Assembly: GCA_016906335.1 (NCBI GenBank) | Contig: JADEYG010000009.1 | Location: forward strand, 744,001-808,000 | Direction: 5' to 3' | Length of the DNA: 64,000 bases | Source of the DNA: Novakomyces olei | Lineage: Eukaryota | Shown here: positions 23,690 through 35,697 of the stretch, piece by piece | Layout of the letters: every line of letters begins with the position of its first letter | How positions within the stretch are numbered: position 1 is the stretch's first letter | The notes under the pieces: model-generated | Databases searched by the model: none | What the model saw: only the letters and a program-made list of their open reading frames with translations | What the model was told of the DNA's origin: nothing | Program-made: the position numbers and the translations under genes

Positions 23690-24215
23690 TTGTGGGGACC
23701 AAATAAGCCTCGAGTATTGGGTGCGTCCATCAATTTATGGTGCAATAATGAGCATTCCAAAAAAATAACAATGCAAGCAGGGGACGAGGGCGAACATACT
23801 TGCATAAAACACAAGAAATCAAATGCTCAAATAAAGAAACAGGAGACGTTGGAATTGGATAGAAATTCTATTCTGAGTTTATCAGCCGCACGTGTCTGCT
23901 TCGTGCTAGTATTGGTCATACATTGGCTACTCGGCTCGCATCGCGTCAGATACTATACATATTACTATGCGTGTCAGGGACCAATTACGGGAACGGGTAC
24001 CGTCTGCAGAATTGCATTACTAACAATGCTCTTCCCGTTTTCAATCTACTATCTTTGACAGCGGGGAATAATCGTTTGATAGTTGTTAGTCATTTCATTC
24101 AAATCAAACGTTGTTTGTTTACTCTAATCATTGGTAATAAGAATAATAATAATAATAAACACCACTATTTTTTAATTTATTTTATCCCAATTATCTTTTG
24201 TTTATTGTATATTCC

Positions 24216-25938
24216 ATGTCGGAGCCTGAGGCAGAAGCTTCATTTCCTTCAGGGCCAGGGCACGATTTTAATAGGCCAGTGGAGGACCAAGTCACTTTAA
24301 CGCCGTCGCGAGAAACATGGGATTTGAACGAGTACGGACCTCGTGGATTAGAGTCTGTTGAAGAAGAAGAAGATCGCTCATTGCCGAAGCCAGTTGGCCA
24401 TAAAGACCCTTGGCAATTATTTACCGTAGCATGGTTAACTCTGTTTTCATTTTACGGAGTTTTGGCCCGTGTCGGGTTAGATGCGCTCGAAAGTTATCCT
24501 GGTCAGCCTGTATTTGCACGCGTGTGGCCGCAGATTGTGGGCTGTATTGTGATCGGATTTATGCTTCAAGATCGCGCTGAAACGATTCGGCAGTACAAGT
24601 AAGTTTTGATTAAAGCTAGATACAAGAGCATTATGGGGCGCTTTGCCATTTGATATAGGTTCAAAAGAATAGATTTCAGCACGCTGATTAACGAAACTAA
24701 GCACAAAATGAACAAGAAATAAGGATAAAAAAAATAAGGATTAAAAAAATAGGGATTAAGAAAAAGGATTAAAAAAAATTAGATTGAACAAATAAAAGAG
24801 TAAACAAGAATGGACTAATCGTATGAGATCATTATCGCTATATGTTGGAATAACCACGGGGTTTTGTGGATCAGTTACCACCTTCTCATCATGGATGCTA
24901 GACACTTACTACGCAATGGCTAATCAGGCTGGATATCCTCGCGCTAAAGGTTACAATTTCCTCGCGTTAGTTTCTCAGGTCATGATAACGCTTCTGGCTG
25001 CGTTCGCGTCTATGCGCCTTGGAGCACGTGTCGCTCTCGCGCTTGAACGAAATAAGATTGACATAAAATCTTCAGGCGTGCAAGTTGTTGCTGTATATTC
25101 TGATTACCTGGCTCTTGCTTTCGCAGTATTACATTACATTGGAATCGCATTGGCCACCGCGTTTATGCCTGCTTACCGTGGAACCGTTTTATTTGCCGTC
25201 GTCTTTGGTCCGATAGGTACGACTCTTATCTGACTGTTTAATATCTTGCGTTCACTAGTGAATCTCCATTTCTTGTTCATAAATTGGTTCTTACAGCAGG
25301 TACACTACTACGATGGCAGCTGGCCCGGTTTAACGCCGTTCAACCTTCATTTCCTTTGGGAACATTCGCTGCCAACACGATCGGTTCATTGGTAGCCGCA
25401 GTGTGTATTCTGCTGCGGGCTGATGCAGGCCTCGATCGTTTACAATGTCAGGTTGTGAATGGAGTCGTGGATGGCTTTTGTGGTAATTGGTTCTCTTATT
25501 CAGTTCGTTCATTTTCCTCTATACATGATTATGTACCTGTTCACATATTTAACTATTTAATTATTGAGTTATTTATTTACAATTTCGTTTTATTTGTGAA
25601 TTTTAATATTCTCTTTTGCATTGTTTCTCAATCAAATTCTAACCAACCATAGGCTGTCTTACTACATTGTCTACTTTTATAATTGAAGTTGACATGCTTA
25701 AAGCTCGTCATAGCACCTTTTACGCTACAGTTAGTGTAATTACATCCTTCGTGTTGTTTGTGCTTGTCACAGGAGTAGAGGTAAGGTTTTCAAAAGTCAT
25801 TATACTAATAAAAAAAAATACTTTAATAGTGTTTATTTACACATCAATTTGTTCAACATTAGTTTTTCATTTCCATTCATTCAAAAGTTAACGTGATAGC
25901 ATTGGACTCAAGGGAAACCTCTGTGTGACTTTACTTGA
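24216..25938 (+). CDS. FEX1: Fluoride exporter FEX (two fused CrcB/Fluc domains), 5 exons
   Basis: GVLARVGL, GITTGFCGSVTTFSSW, GTLLRWQLARFN, FPLGTFAAN, DGFCG|CLTTLSTF. Stop TGA at 25936-25938. Confidence 0.9.
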
Positions 25939-25943
25939 TCTTT

Positions 25944-26900
25944 TCATTCTATTTGTCCCAATTTCACAGAGTATCCGTCCGGGTCAGTGACATCACCTTG
26001 CTGGCCCAATTGAGCCAGGGTTGCCTTCAAGTCAGGCACGATAATTCCGATGTGACTAAAGCCCTTTGGATCTGTGTTGCCGCTGTGGTAGCGCATGTTT
26101 GGATCATTCTCCGTTCCATAGTTGTGCGTGAGCTCGAGCAGCATTTCGTACTCGCCAAAAGGCTTTCCTGGACGATGGAACCCGAGAAAGTACAGGTCAA
26201 ATTGGGCCTGAGGCATAGGAAGTTTGCGCACAAGCTCCATACCAAGAGAGCGATAAAAGGCAATACTTATTTTGGGATCGCGTACGCGGATCATAGCGTG
26301 ATTGAACCGGTTTAAGTCACGATCCCATCCTTCGCCGGCGCTAGGCACACCCTTTACGAGTTCAATCCAGTAATTGTCCGGGTCCAGGGCAAAGGCAATA
26401 TCTAGCAATTAGTTTAGAAGTTCACGCAAAAGTCACATAACTAGATCATCTTAATTTCATTTATTTTGTATTTTAATCTTAATTAAAGAAAATACCTTTC
26501 TGACGGCCGTCTACCAATCGCTTTTTGAATTTGACTCCCTCTGACTCGAGTTGGTCACAGCATGCCTCAATATTGTTCACGGAGAAGCAAATGTGACCAA
26601 ACCCGCTTGGATCTCCATTTCCATTGTGATAAACGGCATCCTTTGCCTCCTGAATCAGCTCGAGCACTCCTTCCCTGGCGAACAAAGGCTTGCCTGCGTA
26701 AGCGGCTTTTGGACCGTTAAACGCCAAATAGTATAATGTTTGATCCGTACGGCGCTGCGTATCGAGAAGCGATAGGCCAAAATGACGCTCGTAAAACGCG
26801 ACAGACGCACGCGCGTCCCTTACGCGAAACTTTTCATTAGTCACCTTTTATTAAACTAAAAAATAAAGATTATTTCAGGTACCGATGCACGATTAAGCAT
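25944..26900 (-). CDS. GLO1: Lactoylglutathione lyase (glyoxalase I), fused two-domain fungal type, 3 exons
   Basis: REGVLEL, GFGHICF, DPDNYWIEL, FNHAMIRVRDP, LELTHNYGTEND, GFSHIGI, DPDGY. Introns 26830-26882 and 26402-26495. Confidence 0.92.
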
Positions 26901-27113
26901 GATTCTTAATTTTGGTTTTTCGGTTTTATTCTTGCATTATTTTATTCTTCAATCTTCAAATTATGGGGAATCGAGTTTATGTATGATCTCGGTCTATCCG
27001 CTCCAACTCTTTGAGAGATAACACGATTCTTATACATTTGTCTCTATCTGTTTATTGACGTAAATAATTAGTCGCACTAGATAGATAGCTATTGGTCCTC
27101 TACCAAGGGTTTC

Positions 27114-28378
27114 ATGGGAATCTTTACGGAGGAAAAGCCGTACACGGCCATATCGTCGCTAATTGGTAAGTGTCTTGGAGCGCGGGAAGAGCAAATTTTC
27201 TAATCTTTTAGACCGATACGCGACTCGAGATGTAAAGACGACATGTTCACGATCTTTTGCTTACATGTGTCTAGTTTGAAGAGGACGATATCTCGTGTGT
27301 GCCGGGGCTGAGCGAGCTAATTCGTAATCAGTCTGGCGGAACGGCGGAGGCAGTACGTGCGCTACGGAAAAAATGCAAATATGGGGATAAGCATACGCAA
27401 TTGCGAGCTCTTACTGTAAGTTTGGAATTAGGCGAATTTGCATTGGTGATTGTATACTCAAGATATTGTTTTAGCTTCTCGATTCTTTGGTGGAGAATGC
27501 TGGCCCGGAATTTCAACGACATTTTGGTGACGAGCAACTGCTAGATCGGCTGCGTACAATGGCTCAAGACCGAGAACTGGATCCTCATGTCAAGAGAAAG
27601 CTTGCTATAATGCTGCTTAATTGGAAAGGTCTGTTTGAGCACGAACCAGGAATGGATGAAGTTGCTACGCTCTACCGTAACCTGCCTTTGGTATGATTGG
27701 ATCGGCCGTGCTGAAATTTTATTATTGATCAGTTTTATTTATATTTATTTATTTTATCTTTGATTTCTGTTTCTGGGTCCTCTTCTCGTTACACATACTA
27801 AATATGCAAAGAAACGAGACCCAAAGAAAAGTTCGGGTGAGCCTGGTCGAGAACCCGGTCGAGAACCTAGTCGAGAAGCTGAGCACGACAACAGGCATAG
27901 TAATCGTGTGAGACGCAACGACTATGATGCGCAGCAGAGCTATCACCAAAGGAATGATTCTTCCGAGGGCCAAGGTCGGCAGCACGTGACTGTTATTCCT
28001 CTGTCAAAGGAATTACCACGTATCCGTGAGGCTCTGGTGGAGGGCAATCAGGCAGCGACAATGTTGTCGGACGCTTTGCAGCTTGTGAACCCGGAACGTG
28101 AACTGCCGTGTAATGTTCCTCGGGTTGTTGAGTGCCGTGAGAGAGCGCGTCAAGCACGTCGCCGTATATTGCGTTATATACAAATGATGGAGTCCGAAGA
28201 ATGGCTCAGTGTACTGATTCATGCAAATGAAGAGCTTATTTCCGTTCTGCAAAAATATGAGCTGATGAATCGAAGAGACGCCCAAGATGAGGCCGATTCT
28301 GATGACGAAGATGAATCGGAGCCATCCCCAGCGCCCCCAGCAGCAGAAAACCCTTTTGGAGACGAGCACATACTATAA
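27114..28378 (+). CDS. LSB5: VHS-GAT endocytic adaptor Lsb5, 5 exons including a 20-nt micro-exon
   Basis: MGIFTEEKPYTAIS, AEAVRALRKKCKYG...QLRALT|LLDSLVENAG, GAT region LIHANEELISVL, C-terminal NPF motif. Confidence 0.85.
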
Positions 28379-28838
28379 AAAGAAAGTAGTATGGCCTTGG
28401 ATAATGTTGTGTTGTATTAATTTTTAACTTGTACCTTGTGCGTTAAGTATTGTATGCGCGATTTTTGGGGGGCTTCTAGTTAGTTCTCAGTGTTTCATGT
28501 ATAGGTCTGGGTTGATTTTCTAGGATTGACGAGCTGTGTAAAATAAATGTATCATACATATTCTAGGTGGCTTGTCGCATTGTATAACGATTATAGCTGT
28601 ACGTGAATATAGAGAGTTCTACGAATTTTGTACTACGCATTTTGTACTTAAGTCAGTGCCGCAATAACGGGAGACTAGTTGTTCTCGACTTGGCGATTGT
28701 GAATAGTATTTCGGACGGAATGCCTGGACTGTCAACATATCATGGAGTAATATAGAACAAAGACCCACTATATTTATTTCATGCTGTATATATGCTGTAT
28801 AGATGCTGTATATATATTAACAAAATTGAAACATATTT

Positions 28839-28937
28839 GTCCTTCGGGACACATGGTTCATTTAAACTAAACAGAGAAGATTAGCAGTTGCCCTGCATAA
28901 GGATGACCCGCAATCAGTAGAGAAGTCACACGTTTTT
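28839..28937 (+). ncRNA. U6: U6 spliceosomal snRNA (intronless)
   Basis: 5' hairpin GTCC-TTCG-GGAC, ACAGAGA box 28871-28877, AGATTAGCA catalytic-triad region, ISL CCT-GCATA-AGGATGAC, oligo-T Pol III terminator from 28933. TATA-like TATATATATTA about 30 bp upstream. Confidence 0.95.
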
Positions 28938-29089
28938 TTTTTACAATTTTTTTTTTTACATTTTTGGACAATGCATCTTGTTTTGCTCAAATTTAGAGAT
29001 GTACTCTCCAATTAAAACTAACGCGTTTACAAGTGTGAAAGAAATTTCTGGCCTTCTGCAGCAGCGTATAGAGGACCCCCAGAAACCTC

Positions 29090-29100
29090 TGTTCGATTCT
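29090..29100 (+). promoter_or_regulatory. Candidate extragenic downstream B box for U6
   Basis: TGTTCGATTCT matches the GTTCRANYC core about 155 bp past the terminator; S. cerevisiae SNR6 uses a downstream B box. Confidence 0.55.
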
Positions 29101-30191
29101 CGGAGAACGTCAGTTTATAGTATAGCAGATACAGATTAATTCTAAAAATAACAAGTAATGGTATTATTTTGACCTCTTGTCTCGCTTGCTTGATTTACTC
29201 GTGGCTAGCCTCATCCCACTTAATCAAATATACTATACTTACCCCCACGCAAGAAATCTTGCACTAGTACTAATTTAGACGCTCAGTGACGGCAATGGTA
29301 GAAATAAAATGGAAGCATTATCTAAACTTAGCAAAACACAGAGGGGCTTGCTCTCAAATCAAATACGCGCGTAGACCGTCCCAATATTAGTCGACAAATA
29401 TAGCCGGTCCCGAGTGTTCTATACTTGCAGAATGCTCGGTAGTGTCTAATATTGGCATAACCTGACAGTTGGGAACCATGTGCACGGCTAGACTAATATT
29501 AAAAATCAATAGTTCCACACGCAATGAAAACAACTGGCACCAAACGCCTGGGGCTATCGATTTGCTCACGATAATTAGAGGCTTGATACCAAACCGAAAC
29601 GACTATTAAGATGAAATAAAAGCGACACGTATCAAGACTACAATCAAATGCGCGTGACATTATCATTAAACAAGAGTCGAACGGTCATTTCTGCGCCAAG
29701 ATACCAATGGTTTTACCAATGAATGGTAAAACCAATGGTATTAATAATTACTAGCTGGCATGGCATCGCGAACCGTGCTACTATGTCTCGCACGATGATA
29801 TATAAGCGATAATTCCGTATCACTGTTTTACCCATAGATTAATCTATCCTCGCGTGTGCGGTGATACCGCTTAAATTTCGACAATAACGATAATCTTTAC
29901 CAATTCTCCAAGTAATTTCGCTGTTACCTGCCAGGATAGAAACTGCCGTCGCCAGGCGCTTAAATCTGGGGACTTTGCGTATAAATCGACGGGTGCGCCG
30001 GTTGTTTGAAACGCTACACTCGCGACACGAATCAGTGCCGTATTCCTTACGGCTGCAATCAGACGAGAAAAAGACTTGTGCTCGCTGCAAGACTAGCACT
30101 GGACAATTAATCGACGCTAGCCGCTGCAAAGGTATAAAGACAAAGGTATAAAGACAAAAAGCAGACAGCGGACAAGTCTAGTACGCCCAAA

Positions 30192-31595
30192 ATGTCGCAA
30201 ACATACTTGACTATACAAAAATCTGCCGCCGAGGCGGATATGGCGCTTCACTTACACCCTCAAGCGAACCCGGCACAAACCGCAACTTCCGAGTCTATTG
30301 TATTTTCAAAAGGCGACGGAGGCTACGTCATTGATGTTGAAGGTAGACGGTACCTCGAGGCAGTTGCCAGTCTGTGGTGTGCTTCTCTTGGCTTCAACCC
30401 GCCTCGATTAGTTGAAGCAGCCACAAAGCAATTGAAAAACTTGTCGACTTACCACTGCTTTGGCCTTAAAACCAACGAGTGCATTGCTCAAGTTGTACAG
30501 CTGCTGGAACAGATCTCTCCCATTCCGAACCCACACTTTTACTTTACTAATTCCGGATCCGAGTCGAATGACACGGCGGTTAAATTGGTCTGGCATTACC
30601 ATTCTTCCATTGGGAAACCGGACAAGCGCCGGATTATTAGCCGTGACGGAGCTTATCACGGCTCAACTGTTATGGGAGCCGCTCTTTCCGGTCTGCCTCA
30701 TATGCATCACCTGTTCAATATCCCCACGCAGGATATACTCTACGCTGGCAAACCGCATTACTACCGGGAAGCATTGGACGGCGAGTCAGAGACCCAGTTT
30801 AGTGAGCGACTGGCCCGTGAGCTGGAAGAGATGATTGTCCGCGAGGGACCCGATACTATCGGCGCCATGATCGTGGAGCCTGTTATGGGAGCCGGAGGTG
30901 TCTATGTCGCACCGGACGATTATTTCCGACGCATTCAAAAAGTTCTGCGCAAGTACGATATACTGCTGATTAGCGACGAAGTCATTTGCGGCTTTGGCCG
31001 TACTGGCAACTACTTTGGCTGCCAAACTTATGGTTATGAGCCGGATATCATCTCCACAGCCAAGGCTATTTCCGCTGGTATTTTGCCTTTTGGTGCAGTT
31101 TTCATCGGGGAACGTGTGTACAAAGGAATCACCAAGGGATCTCAGCAAGTGGGTGTCTTTGGACACGGGTACACGTACTCTGGCCACCCGGTAACTGCCG
31201 CTGTAGCAGCGGAAACACTCAAAATCTACCAGGAAATGGATTTGATTAGCAAGTCGCGTAAACTGGGAGAGCGTCTAATGGAAGGACTGCATAAGAAAAT
31301 CGCTCCTCATCCTCTAGTGGGCAATGTGCGGGGTAAAGGGTTCGTTGCGGCGGTAGAAGTCGTGGCCAATAAGGCGACAAAGGAGCCCTTTGATCCTTCA
31401 ATGGCCGTGGGGAAGAAGATTGATGCTGTATGTACCAGCAAGGGACTGATTATTCGTCCAATGAAGGATTCAATTGCCCTCTGCCCGCCTTTTATTCTGA
31501 CCGTCGAGCAGGTTGATGAAATCGTCGACACGCTCAAGGCCGCGCTGGACGAGGTGGCGCCTCAAGTCTTGCCCCAGTCGGAGAGCATCCTTTAA
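30192..31595 (+). CDS. Class-III PLP aminotransferase (omega-amino acid / polyamine:pyruvate type), intronless
   Basis: YLEAVASLWCASLG, FTNSGSESND, AYHGST, EPVMGAGG, ISDEVICGFGRTG, PDIISTAK (PLP lysine), FGHGYTYSGHP. Confidence 0.93.
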   Translation: MSQTYLTIQKSAAEADMALHLHPQANPAQTATSESIVFSKGDGGYVIDVEGRRYLEAVASLWCASLGFNPPRLVEAATKQLKNLSTYHCFGLKTNECIAQVVQLLEQISPIPNPHFYFTNSGSESNDTAVKLVWHYHSSIGKPDKRRIISRDGAYHGSTVMGAALSGLPHMHHLFNIPTQDILYAGKPHYYREALDGESETQFSERLARELEEMIVREGPDTIGAMIVEPVMGAGGVYVAPDDYFRRIQKVLRKYDILLISDEVICGFGRTGNYFGCQTYGYEPDIISTAKAISAGILPFGAVFIGERVYKGITKGSQQVGVFGHGYTYSGHPVTAAVAAETLKIYQEMDLISKSRKLGERLMEGLHKKIAPHPLVGNVRGKGFVAAVEVVANKATKEPFDPSMAVGKKIDAVCTSKGLIIRPMKDSIALCPPFILTVEQVDEIVDTLKAALDEVAPQVLPQSESIL

Positions 31596-32039
31596 CTTGC
31601 ATTGTAGTAAATAGGGGTTTGTACGTTTGATGCTTTTAATTGCATATGTATTTTTCCACTTGTGTCCGAGTAGACAGTCAGCGCGCTTGACGGAGATTGA
31701 ATGTTGGCGGTAAAATGTAGGACATAAACTGTAAATTGTAAATTAAATCTAAATCATAAATCATAAATCATAACTCATATCATAGATCATAAAAAGAAGA
31801 CATAAAGTTAAATTAGTAAATTATAACGAGCAGTCTCAGCCCAACAATCAAGTAACCTAAATGTAAAGCGATAATAAAAAGAGCGTACTTTATGTGAGCA
31901 AGCAACAGGGGAATTGGGTGGGCTGGCGGTTTATCGTTTGGTATAATAATCACGATAGAAATAATACGCGGGCTGGTATTAGATAACGATGCGATCAGTC
32001 ACACTTTGTCCGGCAGTTTAATGTCGCCCCATTGGTGTC

Positions 32040-33245
32040 ATGGGCGAGGCTACTGCCGCCGATTCGCAAAGTATAAGCAAAAGGCAGCAGCGCAATGTGC
32101 AGGACTCGGCGCTTAATAATTCTGTCAGAAAAAATGGCCCGTTAGTGCGACGCGTGTGGGAAACAGCACTGGAGCAGTGGCTGCTGTGGCTGCTCGGTAT
32201 TGCAATCCTACTGGCTTACTTGTTCCCCTCAGTCGGCAAGGATGGTGGTGCCGTACAGGCTCAGTACTCTGTTACTTTTGGTGCCGTTTGCGTCATCTTT
32301 GTCGTGAGCGGGCTGTCAATTCCCTTTGGCAAATTCCGGCAGGAAGTATACAATATTAAGCTGCACTTGATCGTACAAATTACGTCTTTTTTCATCGCGT
32401 CCAGTATCACTTTTGCCCTCGTGGCAGCAGTGGCAAGGGCACATAATCCTCAAATCGATGATGTCATCTTGGCGGGGATGATTATTTGCGGATGCCTGCC
32501 CACTACGATCAGCTCAAACGTTGTTATGACACGACAGGCCGGCGGTAATGATGCTGCTACTATAGTGGAAGTCACCCTGGGCAATTTTGTTGGGCCATTT
32601 TTGAGCCCAGTGCTTATTAATAAAGTTTACTTGTCTGCCATTCCTCGATTTGCTCGCTTGCTGCCGCCTCACCATGACGATTTTCAGACTCTGTACAGAC
32701 GCGTGTTTTTCCAACTCGGTCTCACCATTTACGTGCCTTTTACCGTCGGGCAGGTCATACGGTACTTGTTTGAAAAACAGGTTCAATACGTTTTTAATAA
32801 GTTTTACATCGCTAAACTGTCGGGAATCTGTCTCGTTTTGCTCATGTGGAGCACTTTTTGTAACAATTTCGCGGAGCGTACGTTTGAACACGTTTCACAT
32901 CAAAGTATTATTATGCTCTGCTTTGCCAATGTGCTTTTGTACCTCCTATACTTGGCAATTTCTTTTACGCTCGCACGTCCGCCTGCCTGCAGATTTCTAT
33001 GGAAAAAAATGTCGCATGTCGACACGATTTCCGTCTGTTTCTGCGGACCCGCAAAGACTCAGGCTCTCGGCATTCCTCTTACTGCGGTCATCTGGCAGAA
33101 CAGCCCTGCAGATCTACGTGCAGTCCTTCTTGTGCCGGTTGTACTCTTCACAGCCGAGCAAATTACATTAGGTCAGATCTCTGTGCTTTTTTTTCGTCGC
33201 TGGCGTGAAAAGGCTGAAAGACAAGAGCAAGTAGAGGAGACTTGA
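32040..33245 (+). CDS. Sodium/bile-acid symporter-like (SLC10A7/Rch1 family) membrane protein, intronless
   Basis: Multiple TM helices; CLPTTISSNVVMTRQAGGND, EVTLGNFVGPFLSP, FCGPAKTQALGIPL. Confidence 0.85.
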   Translation: MGEATAADSQSISKRQQRNVQDSALNNSVRKNGPLVRRVWETALEQWLLWLLGIAILLAYLFPSVGKDGGAVQAQYSVTFGAVCVIFVVSGLSIPFGKFRQEVYNIKLHLIVQITSFFIASSITFALVAAVARAHNPQIDDVILAGMIICGCLPTTISSNVVMTRQAGGNDAATIVEVTLGNFVGPFLSPVLINKVYLSAIPRFARLLPPHHDDFQTLYRRVFFQLGLTIYVPFTVGQVIRYLFEKQVQYVFNKFYIAKLSGICLVLLMWSTFCNNFAERTFEHVSHQSIIMLCFANVLLYLLYLAISFTLARPPACRFLWKKMSHVDTISVCFCGPAKTQALGIPLTAVIWQNSPADLRAVLLVPVVLFTAEQITLGQISVLFFRRWREKAERQEQVEET

Positions 33246-34190
33246 TCAGTTTAGCTAGAATTTAGTTCTTTTGTTCCAGATGGCTAGAGCCGCGTTGTGG
33301 ATAGACTGTGGTTTTACGATAATATACTTTAGTGATGAGATTTTTATACAATATCCGTGTTATTGTACTGATTTATTTTTATGGGAATTTTGGCCGTTGG
33401 CACGTAGTGTCTGATCCCGGTCAAATGCTTCAATTCACGCTCCATTTGAGCTCTAAAAGGACGTAGGTTTCTTTATTCGCTTGCGCCACTTTTGAATATT
33501 CATAGGCCAATGTCAAAAAAGACTGTGATAAATAATTAAACTTGATACATGTATTACGTGATGTAACTAGGGTAGTATAGGTAACCCGTGAATCGTATAA
33601 AATGTGTTTTTCTTATTTGCCGACTAGTTGCGCGTCGGTAAAGAACCAGTCAAGTTCTAATCATCATGACAAAAATGCGATAATTTGAGACGCAATGCCC
33701 ACAATATTTAGTCTGTATGCCCTTGTCAGCAACAATATTTCGGACACGTATACCACTTTCAAAAGCACCTGACTTGCGTATTTCAATTTTTGATATTTCA
33801 TTTGTGATCAAGGGAGACCCCTTGCTAAACTTGTGAGTCTTATTCGAGTTAAGCTAGACTTAAAGGCAATTATTAGTACATCAAATTGCTCGCAGCATTA
33901 TTTGGCACGTCAAATTTTTACTCTAATTCATTTTTTTTTCCCATCAGCTAGTGGCAAGCATATTGCCATTATCAATGTTAGATATGATGAAACTTTCATG
34001 ACTCAAAAACACTCATGATTCATTCATTTCATTAAACACAAGAAACGCAGTGGAACAGCTGTTCTTAAACAAAAATCATAACGAGCGCTTTGATTATTTG
34101 ATAACCCTCAAACTAAATCCTCGTCTTGGCGATTGCATTTTTCACAAATCATTAAAGAAAAAGAATCGTGCATGAAACTTGTAATTGATG

Positions 34191-35277
34191 TTATAGCGGT
34201 GCATCTTTGAGTCCAACGTATCGAACTCCGAAGAGCTTTTCCTTCTTCACACTTCCATCCAATCCTTTAGTGACAAGGTACATATATTGCTCGCTGCCGT
34301 ACAAAGAGTTCAGGCCAGAAGAAGTAGAATCTTCCACGGGTATAAACATTCTTCCTCCGGGTGCTAATTGATCCACCAACTCCTTATGTAATTCACTCGC
34401 TGCCGCACCTACATGAATAGCGTCGTATGGTGCTGAAATGTAGTCAGTATCAGGATTGAAAATGAAAACAAAAAGAATCGAATTCAATATATAAACTAAA
34501 CAAAAAACCAAGAAAAGAAAATCTAATTTTTTCTTGCAAGCAAACCACAGACCATTCTCTTTAAAGCCTTTGCGGCCATCACCTAGCACCACTTGCAAAC
34601 GCCCTTCTTGCATTAATTGTGCCATCTCCGGGTCCTTGTTAAGATTTCGCCTCCCAAGTTCCACTAGAGCCGTTATATGTTCGACACCTGTAACACTGCC
34701 ACCCGGTGAGACCTAACACCAATTAGAAAAAGTGCAGATAAATGTTTCTTCTACCATGCGGGACAATACTGCAGTTAGGTATCCACTGCCGCTTCCTTGA
34801 TCTATTAACATTCTCGACAAAATACAATAAGATACGATCAAAAAAAAAATGTATTTAAAAAGAAGAAACAATAAATGAAGCAAAACAAAAAAGCTTCATA
34901 CCAACATCGAGTACACTATTACCAGGCTGCAAAGCTGGTTCCAAGTACTCGGCCGAGTGACCGTGCATATGAGGTGCAGATATAGTAGCATCGTGCCCAA
35001 TATACTAAGCATTTAGAAAACAATATGCTTTAAATTCTAACAAAAGTACCTGCGGAGAATCTTCATAAGGCTGGTACGAGCAGAAATTTGCACGATCCGT
35101 TTTCGTCATGGCATCGATAACGCGTCTGCACTTTTTAGATCAGTATAAGCGTCTTCGTATTGCATACCGTTATAATGCCGTTATCACGCAAGTTTTGTAT
35201 AAGCTCCTGGTTCGTTCGACCCGTACACAGCCATGCTATTTATGTATTAGCGCTAATATTGATGCCGACGAACCCAT
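34191..35277 (-). CDS. PCM1: Protein-L-isoaspartate O-methyltransferase (PIMT), about 7 exons
   Basis: Spliced [76 protein letters not shown]. First coding exon is only ATGG. Confidence 0.92.
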
Positions 35278-35697
35278 TGTTCAAAGCTTGCTTCACAAAG
35301 TCAGCTGTCGATTTCTGTGGGGAAGATTGCAATCACTAATTATAATTATAATTATAATGTTAATATATATAATTGATAGATAATGGGTTTGTTTATTGGG
35401 CCAATACGCGGACAGGGCCCATAGAAATTCATACATTACGTAATTTTTCTGTTAATAAGAGCAATTTCAAATAATAGAGGAATAAATCACAAATTTATGA
35501 TATTCCTTTTGGAAAATTTTCTGTCCCTTGTGCTAATATGAAAGCTGCACGAATAGCGCGTGCATTTAGCGACGTAAATAATTCCATATCCACACTAAGC
35601 TATTGTAACATTAAGACAAGCTAACGACCGACAAAAAGATACTAAAAAAAAGCGAGGAAAAAAAGGGAAAATAGAAGGCGCCATTAACAAGACATTC

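Noticed and set aside
33332-33414. C box (GTGATGA) and CTGA motifs suggesting a C/D snoRNA
   Set aside because: No terminal stem, no convincing C' box and no rRNA complement that I could recognise; would need a snoscan run.
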